47,289 nt of DNA from Anaerovoracaceae bacterium (GCA_045220485.1 JBGUVT010000042.1:1-47289); one strand, 5' to 3'; counted from the first letter of the stretch, positions 24,929 through 33,788 are shown. Program-made: numbers and translations. The notes: generated by a model not told the origin, from the letters alone.

Positions 24929-25987
24929 ATGGGTGCTAAAAATACAAGAGATTCATACTTGCTCAGAAGCTGGAGAAACACGCTCGATCATTTGGCAAAG
25001 GAGACGGGTACCAGCCTTGAAGAGGTTTCAGAATACATCGGTATGGCATACTCCAACGGAGCTCCGGGCTTTTACGTAAAGATGCCGCGGAAGAGAGCTA
25101 CTTTTATTGGAGTAGGAATGGCTTTTAAGCAGCCGGTCGAAGTTATCAACCAGTGGATCACTGACTACGCACACAAAAGAAAACTTTACGTGAAAGATAT
25201 AAGCGAAGACCTGGTATGGCTTTACCTTATAAACGCCAATCTCCACGATGATTCCGGCGACATTAATTATTTTAAGCGCTATGAAGAATATCAGGCAGTC
25301 GCGTATGCAGTGTTCCGCGAGAGATGGGATGAGATAGGCCTCGGGTTTGAGGATACAGCTGATGTTGAGATAAGCCTGGGTCAGGCGGAATACGGCCCGG
25401 AGTACGATGGAATCAAAGCCTTTGTGGCGGAGCATATGGATGCCTTCACCAGCGCCTATGCAAAGCCGCGTGCGATGCTCGACAACTGGCTGCAGCAGAT
25501 AATCAGCACATGCCGCGAGCATCCCGATGAGACAGTTATCAGCAGTCTCAATTCAATGCGGGGATGGCTCGACGACAGCATGATCAACTTCCTGAGCGGT
25601 GATGCCAGCACGGTCAACGTGATCGACCGCAAGACAGGAAAAAGAAGCATCAACATAAAGCGTATGCCTAAGACACGCCGCAAATACATAGCGATGTGTA
25701 TGGCTCTCGGAATGACGACCGACGATATCGATCCGTTCCTGGAGATGATGGGCTATGCAACGATCGACGTAAGCGACAGCGACGAGGGGAAGCTTCTCAT
25801 GGCGCTCACGGAATGGGAGAACATGCATCCTCTTCAGCGGGCATACAAAAACAGCCATTTTAAAAACGTTGTAAGTGTAGATCTGAGCCCTGCGGAAGAG
25901 TACCGGGCAGTGAGAGAAATGCTGCAGCTCAGGAGCGATCTCGCAGAGGCATACAAACATAAAGGATACGACTTTATATACATATAG
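24929..25987 (+). CDS. hypothetical cytoplasmic protein with HTH-like segments (possible regulator)
   Basis: 352 aa with GGAAGG upstream. SLEEVSEYIGMAYSNGAPGFYVKMPRKRATFIGVGMAFKQPVEVINQWI and RRKYIAMCMALGMTTDDIDPFLEMMGYATID look like XRE/BetR-style HTH-plus-linker segments. No family identified with confidence. Confidence 0.45.
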   Translation: MGAKNTRDSYLLRSWRNTLDHLAKETGTSLEEVSEYIGMAYSNGAPGFYVKMPRKRATFIGVGMAFKQPVEVINQWITDYAHKRKLYVKDISEDLVWLYLINANLHDDSGDINYFKRYEEYQAVAYAVFRERWDEIGLGFEDTADVEISLGQAEYGPEYDGIKAFVAEHMDAFTSAYAKPRAMLDNWLQQIISTCREHPDETVISSLNSMRGWLDDSMINFLSGDASTVNVIDRKTGKRSINIKRMPKTRRKYIAMCMALGMTTDDIDPFLEMMGYATIDVSDSDEGKLLMALTEWENMHPLQRAYKNSHFKNVVSVDLSPAEEYRAVREMLQLRSDLAEAYKHKGYDFIYI

Positions 25988-26002
25988 AATGCGGAGCCGG
26001 TT

Positions 26003-27790
26003 ATGCGGACACATCTTCTTAAGAGATACATTTTCATAACAGCTATTGCAGCTTTTCTGGCGGCAGTCATGACCTGCGTTGTGCTGCCATGCGAAGCGTT
26101 TGCTGCAGATGGGGACGCATCTCTGAAAGAAAGATATGTCTGGTTCTCGTATTCTTACACTGAGTGCACCGGCAAAGAGAATACGGATATAGACATACCG
26201 GTCTCGGGTGACTACAACACGACATATCCGGAGTATTATTCGACCTATATGATGCTTTGTGACACAGCTCACATGTTACACGTGAAGGGAGAAGGCGTAA
26301 CGGCTGATAATGTCACATTCATATCTCAAAATCCGTCCGTTCTTGACATAAACAGCACAGGCAATGTGACGCTTTACAAGAAGGGAAGAGCAAGGATCAA
26401 AGCAACGGTCGCAGCAGATGAAACATATAAAGAATGCACAATATATCTCGATGTGAAGACGGACAGACATGAGGGATATGACGAAAACGTCCCGTTTTAT
26501 TATGAAGGCCGTATGACACCATGGGATCTGGATATCGACACCAGTGAGGGACCTCAGCAGCTTGTAATTGCTCTCAGACCCGGAGCAGGTGTTAAGTACT
26601 CTATAGATAATCCGAACATTGCACAGGTAGATCAGAATGGAATAATCACCCCGCTTTCACCCGGGATAACGCAATTGCTTCTGGAAATTGATGATGGCGG
26701 AGGCAGATATAACGCATGCCGTATTGGCAGGACTATCAAGGTAACCGGTGATCCAGTCCAGGAATATCCTATCGACAGGAATGTCTGGCTGACCTATGGA
26801 TGCAGCAACTGCCTCGGCGAGACGGTCTCTCTTAATAGGGAGCAGCTTGGTTATCCGGTTTCTTTAAGTGTGAATATGATGATGTGCGATAGCAATCATG
26901 TTATCCATGCAGAAGGCGACGGAGTGAGAGCTAATAATGTCACATTTACTTCCATGAACCCTGAGGTGCTTGGGGTTGAAAGCGACGGCTCTGTGACGCT
27001 CATAAAGGAAGGGACAGCTGAAATCAGAGTAAAGGTTGCGGCAGACAGTGCATATAAAGCAAAAACAGTATATCTTGCGGTAACTGTTGACAGGCATGAA
27101 GGATGGATCGCGGCTGATGAGGTTCACTATGAAGGTTTCTCACCGGAATATGGGCTGGATCTGGATATTTCCGGAGAGCCGCAGAAGTTGTCAGTGCCGC
27201 TCAGACCGGGAGCAAGTGTAAGTTATACTTCAATGAATCCGGGTATTGTAAAGGTAGATCAGAACGGAGTGGTCACTCCGGTATCTCTGGGAGAAACTCA
27301 GATACGCTTTGATGTCGACAACGGCAGCGGCATTTATAAAGCGGGCAGTTTTTACAGGAAAGTCACAGTCACCGGCGAAGACACACAAAGTGAGGAAGAA
27401 ACAGCAAAGAAAGCTGCAGAAGAGGCAGCGCGCAAAGCTGCTGAAAAAGCGGCTGCCCAAAAGGCTGCGGCGGCATCTCTGCAGGCGCAGATAGCCAAAG
27501 CAAAAGCCCTTAAAACACCAACGCTTAAGGTGAGGGCTCGTAAAGGCAGAAAGATAAAGCTTACCTGGAGCAAGGTGGATGATGCTGATGGCTACATTGT
27601 ATATATTAAATATCCGGGTAAGAAAAAATTTGTAGAAGCAGTTACAAGGGATGCAACAGTCAAATCCGTTACACACAAAGGGCTCACTAAAAAGAAAGTA
27701 TACAAATACAAAATAAGAGCATATAAAGTCGTTAACGGGGAGACTTATTATTCGCCATTTTCCAAAGTCAGAAAGGCCAGAGTCAAATAA
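26003..27790 (+). CDS. secreted protein: internally duplicated Ig-like (Big_2-type) modules, Ala/Lys coiled coil, C-terminal FN3-like domain
   Basis: Signal peptide with AFA-AD cleavage. Two ~205-aa modules, each containing SQNPSVLDINSTGNVTLYKKGRARIKA / SMNPEVLGVESDGSVTLIKEGTAEIRV type Big_2 strands. Then AKKAAEEAARKAAEKAAAQKAAAA, then KGRKIKLTWSKVDDADGYIVYIKY... (FN3-like). Confidence 0.7.
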   Translation: MRTHLLKRYIFITAIAAFLAAVMTCVVLPCEAFAADGDASLKERYVWFSYSYTECTGKENTDIDIPVSGDYNTTYPEYYSTYMMLCDTAHMLHVKGEGVTADNVTFISQNPSVLDINSTGNVTLYKKGRARIKATVAADETYKECTIYLDVKTDRHEGYDENVPFYYEGRMTPWDLDIDTSEGPQQLVIALRPGAGVKYSIDNPNIAQVDQNGIITPLSPGITQLLLEIDDGGGRYNACRIGRTIKVTGDPVQEYPIDRNVWLTYGCSNCLGETVSLNREQLGYPVSLSVNMMMCDSNHVIHAEGDGVRANNVTFTSMNPEVLGVESDGSVTLIKEGTAEIRVKVAADSAYKAKTVYLAVTVDRHEGWIAADEVHYEGFSPEYGLDLDISGEPQKLSVPLRPGASVSYTSMNPGIVKVDQNGVVTPVSLGETQIRFDVDNGSGIYKAGSFYRKVTVTGEDTQSEEETAKKAAEEAARKAAEKAAAQKAAAASLQAQIAKAKALKTPTLKVRARKGRKIKLTWSKVDDADGYIVYIKYPGKKKFVEAVTRDATVKSVTHKGLTKKKVYKYKIRAYKVVNGETYYSPFSKVRKARVK

Positions 27791-27796
27791 AGTTAT

Positions 27797-29515
27797 ATGG
27801 ATTTTCGACAGTATGAGCCGATATTTGGCTCATGGTATATAACTGAAGAATTGGGGTCAGGCGGCGAGGGGAGTCTGTACAGGATATGCCGTACCGATGC
27901 ATTGGGACACGAGTATTACTCAGCGCTTAAGGCGGTTTCTGTGCCTTCAAGCAAGTCAGAGATTGCTTCGCTCATGGCCGGCGGCATGCAGCTCGAAGAA
28001 GTGGCTGAGTATTATGAAAGTGTGCTCGAAAACACTGTTCATGAATTTGAGCTGCTCGCAAAGCTCAAAGGAAACAGTAACATTGTCAGTTATGAAGACC
28101 ATGAGATCTTCAGACACGAGGATGGTATTGGCTGGGATATTCTCATAAGGCTGGAGGAACTGATACCTCTTGTAAAATATTCGTTGGATAATCCGCTCTC
28201 TGCAGATGAGGTGTCCCGCATGGGCATCGACATATGCAAAGGGCTTTCATTATGCAAAAAATACGGGATCGTGCACCGCGACATAAAACCCGACAATATA
28301 TTCATCTCACCAAGCGGCAGTTACAAGCTCGGCGATTTCGGTATAGCCCGCATCATAGAGAAGTCTACGGCCGGTCTTTCACGCAAAGGTACTTATGAAT
28401 ATATGTCGCCTGAGGTTTACTGGGGACGGGACTATGGTTCAAGCGTCGATCTTTACTCTCTCGGAATGGTGATGTACCGCTATCTTAATGACGGGCGCAT
28501 GCCGTTCATGCCTCAGAGTCCTGCTGCGATACACGCGGAAGACAGAGAAGAGGCGTTCATAAAGAGAGTGAACGGGCATCCGATGCCTGCGCCGCGCTGC
28601 GGGTCAGAAGAGCTGAAGCGTATAGTGCTGAAGGCCTGCGCATATGAGAGGGAAGACCGCTATAAAGATGCAGAGGAAATGCTGAAAGATCTGGAGGCAG
28701 CGGCGGCTTCTGAAAAAGGTCATACTGACGGCTCGAAAACCTCGCGAAAAAGTGCGCGAAACAGCGGAGGAAAAGCTGCAGCCAATGGCGGAAACAAGGC
28801 TGCGGTCAGTAGCGGAAATAAGCGCAAAACAGCGTTTGGGATCGCTGCAGCCTTATGTCTCCTTATAGCATGCGCAGTCTGGATAGCCATACCTAAAGAG
28901 GTAACGGATATTGATGCCGGCCCGGCAGAGGGTGCTGCGGAGATATATATAGGCGATGATCTTGAGCTTTCATGCACAGTAAAGCCGGACAGATTCAGGG
29001 ATGAGCCGGTGACATACACGTCGGGTGATGAGAGCGTGTTTACAGTCGATGAAAACGGAGTCGTGCACGCACTTGCGATAGGTGAAGCAACTCTGACGAT
29101 GAAAGCGAAAGAGTACTCAGAAGATGTGGCCATAAGCGTAGTACCGAAGGTCACTTCAATAGGCGGTATAGAAAAAACGATAAGCCTGACGACCGGCGAT
29201 GAACTGGCGCTTGAGCCTGCACTTTCACCGGAGGAATTTGCAGATGAGCCTGTATCATACAGCACAGACGACGGCAAGGTGGCCACTGTATCTGAAGATG
29301 GTAAGCTCACAGCGGTGGCAGCCGGAGAGACTGAACTGAATGTCTCATCGGGAGGCTGCTCGTTTAAAGCAGAAGTGAGCGTGGCAGATCCGGTAGTCTA
29401 CTATTCGTCAGGCTCGTCCGGCTCATCAGGGAAATCCTCAAAATCCTCTAAGAAAAAGAGCAGCAAAAAAAGCAATGCCGGATATTTCAGCAGCAGCGAC
29501 GACGAGCATTTTTAG
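27797..29515 (+). CDS. Hanks-type Ser/Thr protein kinase with one TM helix and extracellular Ig-like (Big_2) domains
   Basis: Kinase motifs: G-loop LGSGGEGSLY, catalytic Lys in ALKAV, HRDIKPDNIF, DFGIAR, YMSPE. TM helix FGIAAALCLLIACAVWIAI. Two Big_2-like domains (YTSGDESVFTVDENGVVHALAIGEATLTM; YSTDDGKVATVSEDGKLTAVAAGETELNV). Ser/Lys-rich tail. Confidence 0.85.
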   Translation: MDFRQYEPIFGSWYITEELGSGGEGSLYRICRTDALGHEYYSALKAVSVPSSKSEIASLMAGGMQLEEVAEYYESVLENTVHEFELLAKLKGNSNIVSYEDHEIFRHEDGIGWDILIRLEELIPLVKYSLDNPLSADEVSRMGIDICKGLSLCKKYGIVHRDIKPDNIFISPSGSYKLGDFGIARIIEKSTAGLSRKGTYEYMSPEVYWGRDYGSSVDLYSLGMVMYRYLNDGRMPFMPQSPAAIHAEDREEAFIKRVNGHPMPAPRCGSEELKRIVLKACAYEREDRYKDAEEMLKDLEAAAASEKGHTDGSKTSRKSARNSGGKAAANGGNKAAVSSGNKRKTAFGIAAALCLLIACAVWIAIPKEVTDIDAGPAEGAAEIYIGDDLELSCTVKPDRFRDEPVTYTSGDESVFTVDENGVVHALAIGEATLTMKAKEYSEDVAISVVPKVTSIGGIEKTISLTTGDELALEPALSPEEFADEPVSYSTDDGKVATVSEDGKLTAVAAGETELNVSSGGCSFKAEVSVADPVVYYSSGSSGSSGKSSKSSKKKSSKKSNAGYFSSSDDEHF

Positions 29516-29662
29516 ATATTACACATACCGGAACACATACCGGAATCAAATAATCGGGAGCTGATCTTCGGGTGGCAAATATGCCGGTTGTTTTAACCCG
29601 CGTGGCGTGGTATAAAAACTATAACAGCATCTTTAGTGTTCTGAACGGAGGGAGATTTAGAA

Positions 29663-29845
29663 ATGAAGAAACTTCTCAAATGCACAGCTATTATCGGCGG
29701 AATTGCCGGAACAGTCGCATACATGAATAAGAACGGTCTGCCTATACTCGGAAATCTCACAATGAATATTCCGGTCAAGCTTCCGATCGACTTCTGGGAC
29801 ATTTTCACAAAGGGAATCGAAGTCGCAGAAGGGTTCACCAAATAA
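29663..29845 (+). CDS. small hypothetical protein (60 aa) with N-terminal hydrophobic segment
   Basis: GGAGGGAG lies 7 nt upstream of ATG 29663, and its own terminator lies 30 nt downstream. MKKLLKCTAIIGGIAGTVAYM... No family recognised. Confidence 0.55.
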   Translation: MKKLLKCTAIIGGIAGTVAYMNKNGLPILGNLTMNIPVKLPIDFWDIFTKGIEVAEGFTK

Positions 29846-29876
29846 CAAGAAAATAATCAATTGGAAGATCAATGCA

Positions 29877-29911
29877 GTGTCAGTGGGGAACATCTCCGCT
29901 GACACTTTTTT
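29877..29911 (+). terminator. rho-independent terminator
   Basis: GTGTCAGTGG (29877-29886) pairs with CCGCTGACAC (29896-29905, one G-U pair), followed by TTTTTT. Confidence 0.8.
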
Positions 29912-30010
29912 GCATTCGCGACAGAAATCGTAACATGGTAAAATAAAGCATATTGCAGAACAAAAAAGATGACGCATGTGATTATAGGCAAAAGAAGGTC
30001 GACACAAGAT

Positions 30011-30760
30011 ATGAAGATTATGATTATTCGGCATGGTGAGCCGGACTATACGATAGATTCTCTGACGGAGAAGGGCTGGCGTGAGGCCGAATACCTTTCG
30101 GAGATGCTCGTGAAGCAGCTGCAAGAGCAGACAGACAGCGGGCATGTGCATTTTTACATGTCGCCTTACGGCAGGGCTCAGGCTACAGCATCGCCCACGC
30201 TGGAAAAGCTGGGATGTACTGCCGAAGTGCTTCCGTGGCTACGCGAGTTCGACATTTTTATAGACAGGCCGGACGATCTGACCAGAAAGCGCATACCATG
30301 GGACTGGATCCCTGCAGATTGGATGCAGGATCCCCGTCTTTATCAGGCGGACCACTGGTTCGAGAATGAACGCATGGCAGCAGGAAACGTAGGTGAGGAG
30401 TATCGTAAGGTGGCTGAGCAGTTTGACGACTTGCTGGCAAAACACGGCTACCGGCGAGAGGGCGGTTACTACCGCGTGGAGAAGCCAAACCACGATATCA
30501 TTGTGCTGTTCTGCCATTTCGGGCTTGAGGGCGTTCTGCTGAGTCACATCTTCGGAGTGTCACCGATGCCGGTGTGGCATGCATTCTGCGCTCAGCCATC
30601 ATCAGTGACCACTCTTGTGACGGAAGAAAGGCGTAAAGGGATCGCATCAATCAGGATGCTCTCATTCGGTGAAACGACGCACCTTTGTATGAACGGTGAG
30701 GAGCCGTCATTCGCAGCCAGATTCTGTGAGTGCTATGAGGACGAAACGAGACATGACTGA
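30011..30760 (+). CDS. histidine phosphatase family protein (phosphoglycerate-mutase-like)
   Basis: The track ORF starts at 29969. ATG 30011 gives MKIMIIRHGEPDY with the catalytic RHG motif at the N-terminus as usual. The second His region is VLFCHFGLEG. Confidence 0.8.
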   Translation: MKIMIIRHGEPDYTIDSLTEKGWREAEYLSEMLVKQLQEQTDSGHVHFYMSPYGRAQATASPTLEKLGCTAEVLPWLREFDIFIDRPDDLTRKRIPWDWIPADWMQDPRLYQADHWFENERMAAGNVGEEYRKVAEQFDDLLAKHGYRREGGYYRVEKPNHDIIVLFCHFGLEGVLLSHIFGVSPMPVWHAFCAQPSSVTTLVTEERRKGIASIRMLSFGETTHLCMNGEEPSFAARFCECYEDETRHD

Positions 30761-31115
30761 TTACGGCACGAACGATAAACAAATCCATTATTACGAAAGC
30801 GGCATATCTGATCTGCAGCTGGTCATGAAAATGCTCCGCTTCGGCTTTAAGACCTTAGGCGGTATTGAAGTCATTAGCGTGACAGATCACAGCAAAGTTG
30901 CGGACGGAAAGACTGCGGAAGATGCCATAGAATACCGGCTTGCCGGAGATTCCGCTGTAGTGATCAGGACACACGCTGCTGAACCAAAACTTGAAGTATG
31001 CATTTCAATTGCGGATAATGACAGGGAAAATTCAACTAAGATGGAAGAACTCATCCGGGCGGACCTGGAGAATATAATACATATGGATAACAGAATGGGT
31101 TATTGCTGCGAGTAA
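30753..31115 (+). CDS. stand-alone protein resembling domain IV of alpha-D-phosphohexomutases (phosphoglucomutase C-terminus)
   Basis: ATG 30753 overlaps the upstream stop by 8 nt (track ORF from 30696). LVMKMLRFGFKTLGGIEVISVTDH ... AIEYRLAGDSAVVIRTHAAEPKLEVCISIAD parallels the PGM/PMM domain IV pattern. HAAEPK stands in place of the usual (S/T)GTEPK phosphate-binding loop. Confidence 0.45.
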   Translation: MTDYGTNDKQIHYYESGISDLQLVMKMLRFGFKTLGGIEVISVTDHSKVADGKTAEDAIEYRLAGDSAVVIRTHAAEPKLEVCISIADNDRENSTKMEELIRADLENIIHMDNRMGYCCE

Positions 31116-31151
31116 AAGATGTAATTCAACTGACGATCAAGGAGGATGATT

Positions 31152-31718
31152 ATGAAAGCGATAGTATTTCTGGCGGATGGCTTTGAAGAATGTGAAGGCC
31201 TGATAGCCGTGGATATTTTGAGGAGAGCAGGCGTTGAGACGATCATGGCATCGGCCATGGAAGGACTGCAGATAGATTCTTCGAGGCATATCAAGGTGAT
31301 GGCTGATGTGATGGCGGCAGATGTTGACTATGGTACAGTCGATATGATCGTTCTTCCAGGAGGACGCCTCGGCACTGAAAATCTCGGAGCAAATGACTTA
31401 GTCGTTGAGAAGTGCAGGGAGTTTGCTGCTGCAAACGGCGACTCCGGCGCATGCAAGTATCTGGCGGCTATTTGCGCTGCACCATCATTACCGGCTTCGC
31501 TGGGGCTGCTCGAAGGTAAAAAGGCAACCTGTCATCCGGATTTTGAAGGCCATATGGCAGGCGCGGTGCTGACAAAAGAAAGCGTAACAACTGACGGCAA
31601 CATCATCACAGGTCAGGGCCTCGGTGCATCGTTCGATTTCTCTTTTGAACTGGTCAGGAAACTGGTCGGCGAGGAAATGGTAGAACAGATAAAGAAAGCT
31701 ATCTGCTATAAACATTGA
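31152..31718 (+). CDS. DJ-1/PfpI (ThiJ) family protein
   Basis: The track start 31146 abuts the GGAGG. ATG 31152 has 6-nt spacing. MKAIVFLADGFEECEGLIAVDILRRAG, VLPGG, and the nucleophile-elbow Cys in LAAICAAPS are present. Confidence 0.85.
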   Translation: MKAIVFLADGFEECEGLIAVDILRRAGVETIMASAMEGLQIDSSRHIKVMADVMAADVDYGTVDMIVLPGGRLGTENLGANDLVVEKCREFAAANGDSGACKYLAAICAAPSLPASLGLLEGKKATCHPDFEGHMAGAVLTKESVTTDGNIITGQGLGASFDFSFELVRKLVGEEMVEQIKKAICYKH

Positions 31719-31741
31719 CATTGGTCTTGTAAAACCGCTGC

Positions 31742-31780
31742 AAACCGCCTTTGGAATCACTCTGAAGGCGGTTTTCTTTA
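31742..31780 (+). terminator. rho-independent terminator
   Basis: AAACCGCCT (31742-31750) pairs with AGGCGGTTT (31766-31774), followed by TCTTT. Confidence 0.75.
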
Positions 31781-31880
31781 GATTTGTTAACTTTTCTTTC
31801 GACTGCGGTATGTGATAAAATCTATGCAGTATATGATTTAATGCGTTGGTATGCTCTGGCGCAGGAAAGGAGAATACTTA

Positions 31881-33788
31881 ATGAAGAAATTTGTTATCTA
31901 TTTACTTACATTCATGATGGTCTTCAGCCCAATGACAGCATTTGCTGTTGAGGGTGACCCTGTTGAAGATGAGGGTCAGGTTCCTGTAGAGGAACTGCAG
32001 GATCAGGATGCAGAAGTGACTGAAGAGGCAGCTCCTGCTGAAGACGCCGAAGCAGTCGATGCAGTCGAAGAGGCAGCTCCTGCTGCAGAGGAGGAAGCTG
32101 TTGTTGAAGAAGAGTCTGAAGAAGCAGCTCCTGCTGTAGAAGAGGCTGCTGCTGAAGAGGAACAGGAAGTCTATCTCAAGGCAGCTGCAATGGATTGGAA
32201 TGAAAACTGCACTTGGGATGATGAAAATGAGCGCAACCATGCTTATGACTCGGATGGAAATCTTGTAAAAGGTCTTTTTAAGGCTAAAAGAAAATATCTG
32301 AATCAGGGCACGAGCCTTTTCTATGCTGATGATAGTGGTAATGTCGTAAAGGATGAACGCATAGTTACTATCACTAACGGCAGAATTTTCAAGCACACGA
32401 ATGTTGAAGGAGAGCAGTGGAAGCCTGCCGGAACAGGAACAGCTACATATGCAATAACAAACCATAAAGATGGCACCATGAGCGAGTATTACGTATATTG
32501 GCAGCAAGGCTTAAAGGATGTCAGTGGCAATACGTATTACATTCAGGACGATGGTACTGTCAGAACAAGTGCAGGTATTCTGCAGATCGGAAACGATAAG
32601 TATTACGTTCAGAACGGCGGTGCAATTCTCAAGACTGTCGGATTTACACCTGATCATAAGTTCTTTGTCCAGTCTGCAGACGGTAAGATCCGCACTGCTC
32701 AGGGAACATTTGCTTATAACGGAAGGACTTACTATTCAGGCAATGGCGGAGAGATCCCTTCAGTAGCAGGTCTGTACAGTGTTGGAAATACACAGTATTT
32801 CGTCAACACAGATGGTTCTGTAAAGACTGATGCAGGATTCATTACTGTCAATGGCAGGAAGTATCTTGTAAATGCAGGCGGTGCAATAAGCAAAGTAGCA
32901 GGAATCATTACCTTTGGCGGAAGCAAGTATGTTGCTGAACCGGGCGGTGCGATCCGTACAGCTACAGGCTTCTATAATTACGGAGGAAATGTCTACTACA
33001 TCACAAACAACAGTGGTGTTCTCAAGGTCAATTCGTCCTTCAAGGTCTCGGGCAAGACATATCATGCTCTTGCCAGTGGCGCGATTGCCGTTGGAGTACA
33101 TAAGTGGACCAATGGAAAGTATTATTATTCAACCTCCAGCGGAGCTCTCCGCAAAAAGGCAGGCATAGTAACATGGAATGGCAACCGCTATCATGTCAAT
33201 AAAAAAGGAAGAGTTACTACAAACAAGAAGGTAAAGTATAAGAAAAAATACTATGTAGCCGGCAAGAACGGTGTCATTTACAAAGGACTCTTTATCTGGA
33301 AGAAGAACATGTACTATGCGAACAGCAAGGGCGTGCTGAGAACTAAAGCCGGAGCCTTCACATATAACGGAGCAAGATACGCCACAAACAGCAGCGGAAA
33401 GGTTTACAGAGACACTAAGTTCACTGCTGGAGGCAAAACATACATTGCTCAGAAAGATGGAAAGCTCAGAACAGGCCACATCAAATACAACAAGAAGTAC
33501 TACCTGACTGATTCCAAGGGTGCGGTCATAACAAAGGCGGGTATTTACAGCTACAACAAGAAGTCTTACTACGTCAAGAAGGGTGGAGCTTTACTCGTAA
33601 GCGATTTCTTTGAGTACAAAGACAAGTACTACTATGCTGGCAGTGATGGAGCTATCCTCAAGACCACATTCAAGGCCAAGGGATACACATGGCATCCGAA
33701 CTCAAAGACAGGTGAGATATCAGTTGATGAGTACTCAAGAATTGATTCCAGCGTTGACCCTAAGAAAGAGGAAACCCCTGCACAGTAA
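31881..33788 (+). CDS. secreted protein with about twenty ~20-aa cell-wall-binding (CW_binding_1 / choline-binding-type) repeats
   Basis: AAAGGAG lies 8 nt upstream of ATG 31881 (track ORF from 31851). Signal peptide MKKFVIYLLTFMMVFSPMTAFA. An acidic Ala/Glu-rich spacer is followed by periodic G-x(5)-G-x-x-YY-x(4)-G-x(4) units (GNTYYIQDDGTVRTSAGILQIGNDKYYVQNGGAILKTVG...). Confidence 0.75.
   Translation: MKKFVIYLLTFMMVFSPMTAFAVEGDPVEDEGQVPVEELQDQDAEVTEEAAPAEDAEAVDAVEEAAPAAEEEAVVEEESEEAAPAVEEAAAEEEQEVYLKAAAMDWNENCTWDDENERNHAYDSDGNLVKGLFKAKRKYLNQGTSLFYADDSGNVVKDERIVTITNGRIFKHTNVEGEQWKPAGTGTATYAITNHKDGTMSEYYVYWQQGLKDVSGNTYYIQDDGTVRTSAGILQIGNDKYYVQNGGAILKTVGFTPDHKFFVQSADGKIRTAQGTFAYNGRTYYSGNGGEIPSVAGLYSVGNTQYFVNTDGSVKTDAGFITVNGRKYLVNAGGAISKVAGIITFGGSKYVAEPGGAIRTATGFYNYGGNVYYITNNSGVLKVNSSFKVSGKTYHALASGAIAVGVHKWTNGKYYYSTSSGALRKKAGIVTWNGNRYHVNKKGRVTTNKKVKYKKKYYVAGKNGVIYKGLFIWKKNMYYANSKGVLRTKAGAFTYNGARYATNSSGKVYRDTKFTAGGKTYIAQKDGKLRTGHIKYNKKYYLTDSKGAVITKAGIYSYNKKSYYVKKGGALLVSDFFEYKDKYYYAGSDGAILKTTFKAKGYTWHPNSKTGEISVDEYSRIDSSVDPKKEETPAQ

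Noticed and set aside
25553-26272. 239-aa minus-strand ORF (similar long antisense ORFs at 28720-29310, 34160-34795, 35798-36427, 31902-32507, 7910-8689)
   Set aside because: All lie antisense within long + strand genes that have clear domain signatures. Their translations are Cys/His/Arg/Ser-rich without motifs and they lack ribosome-binding sites.
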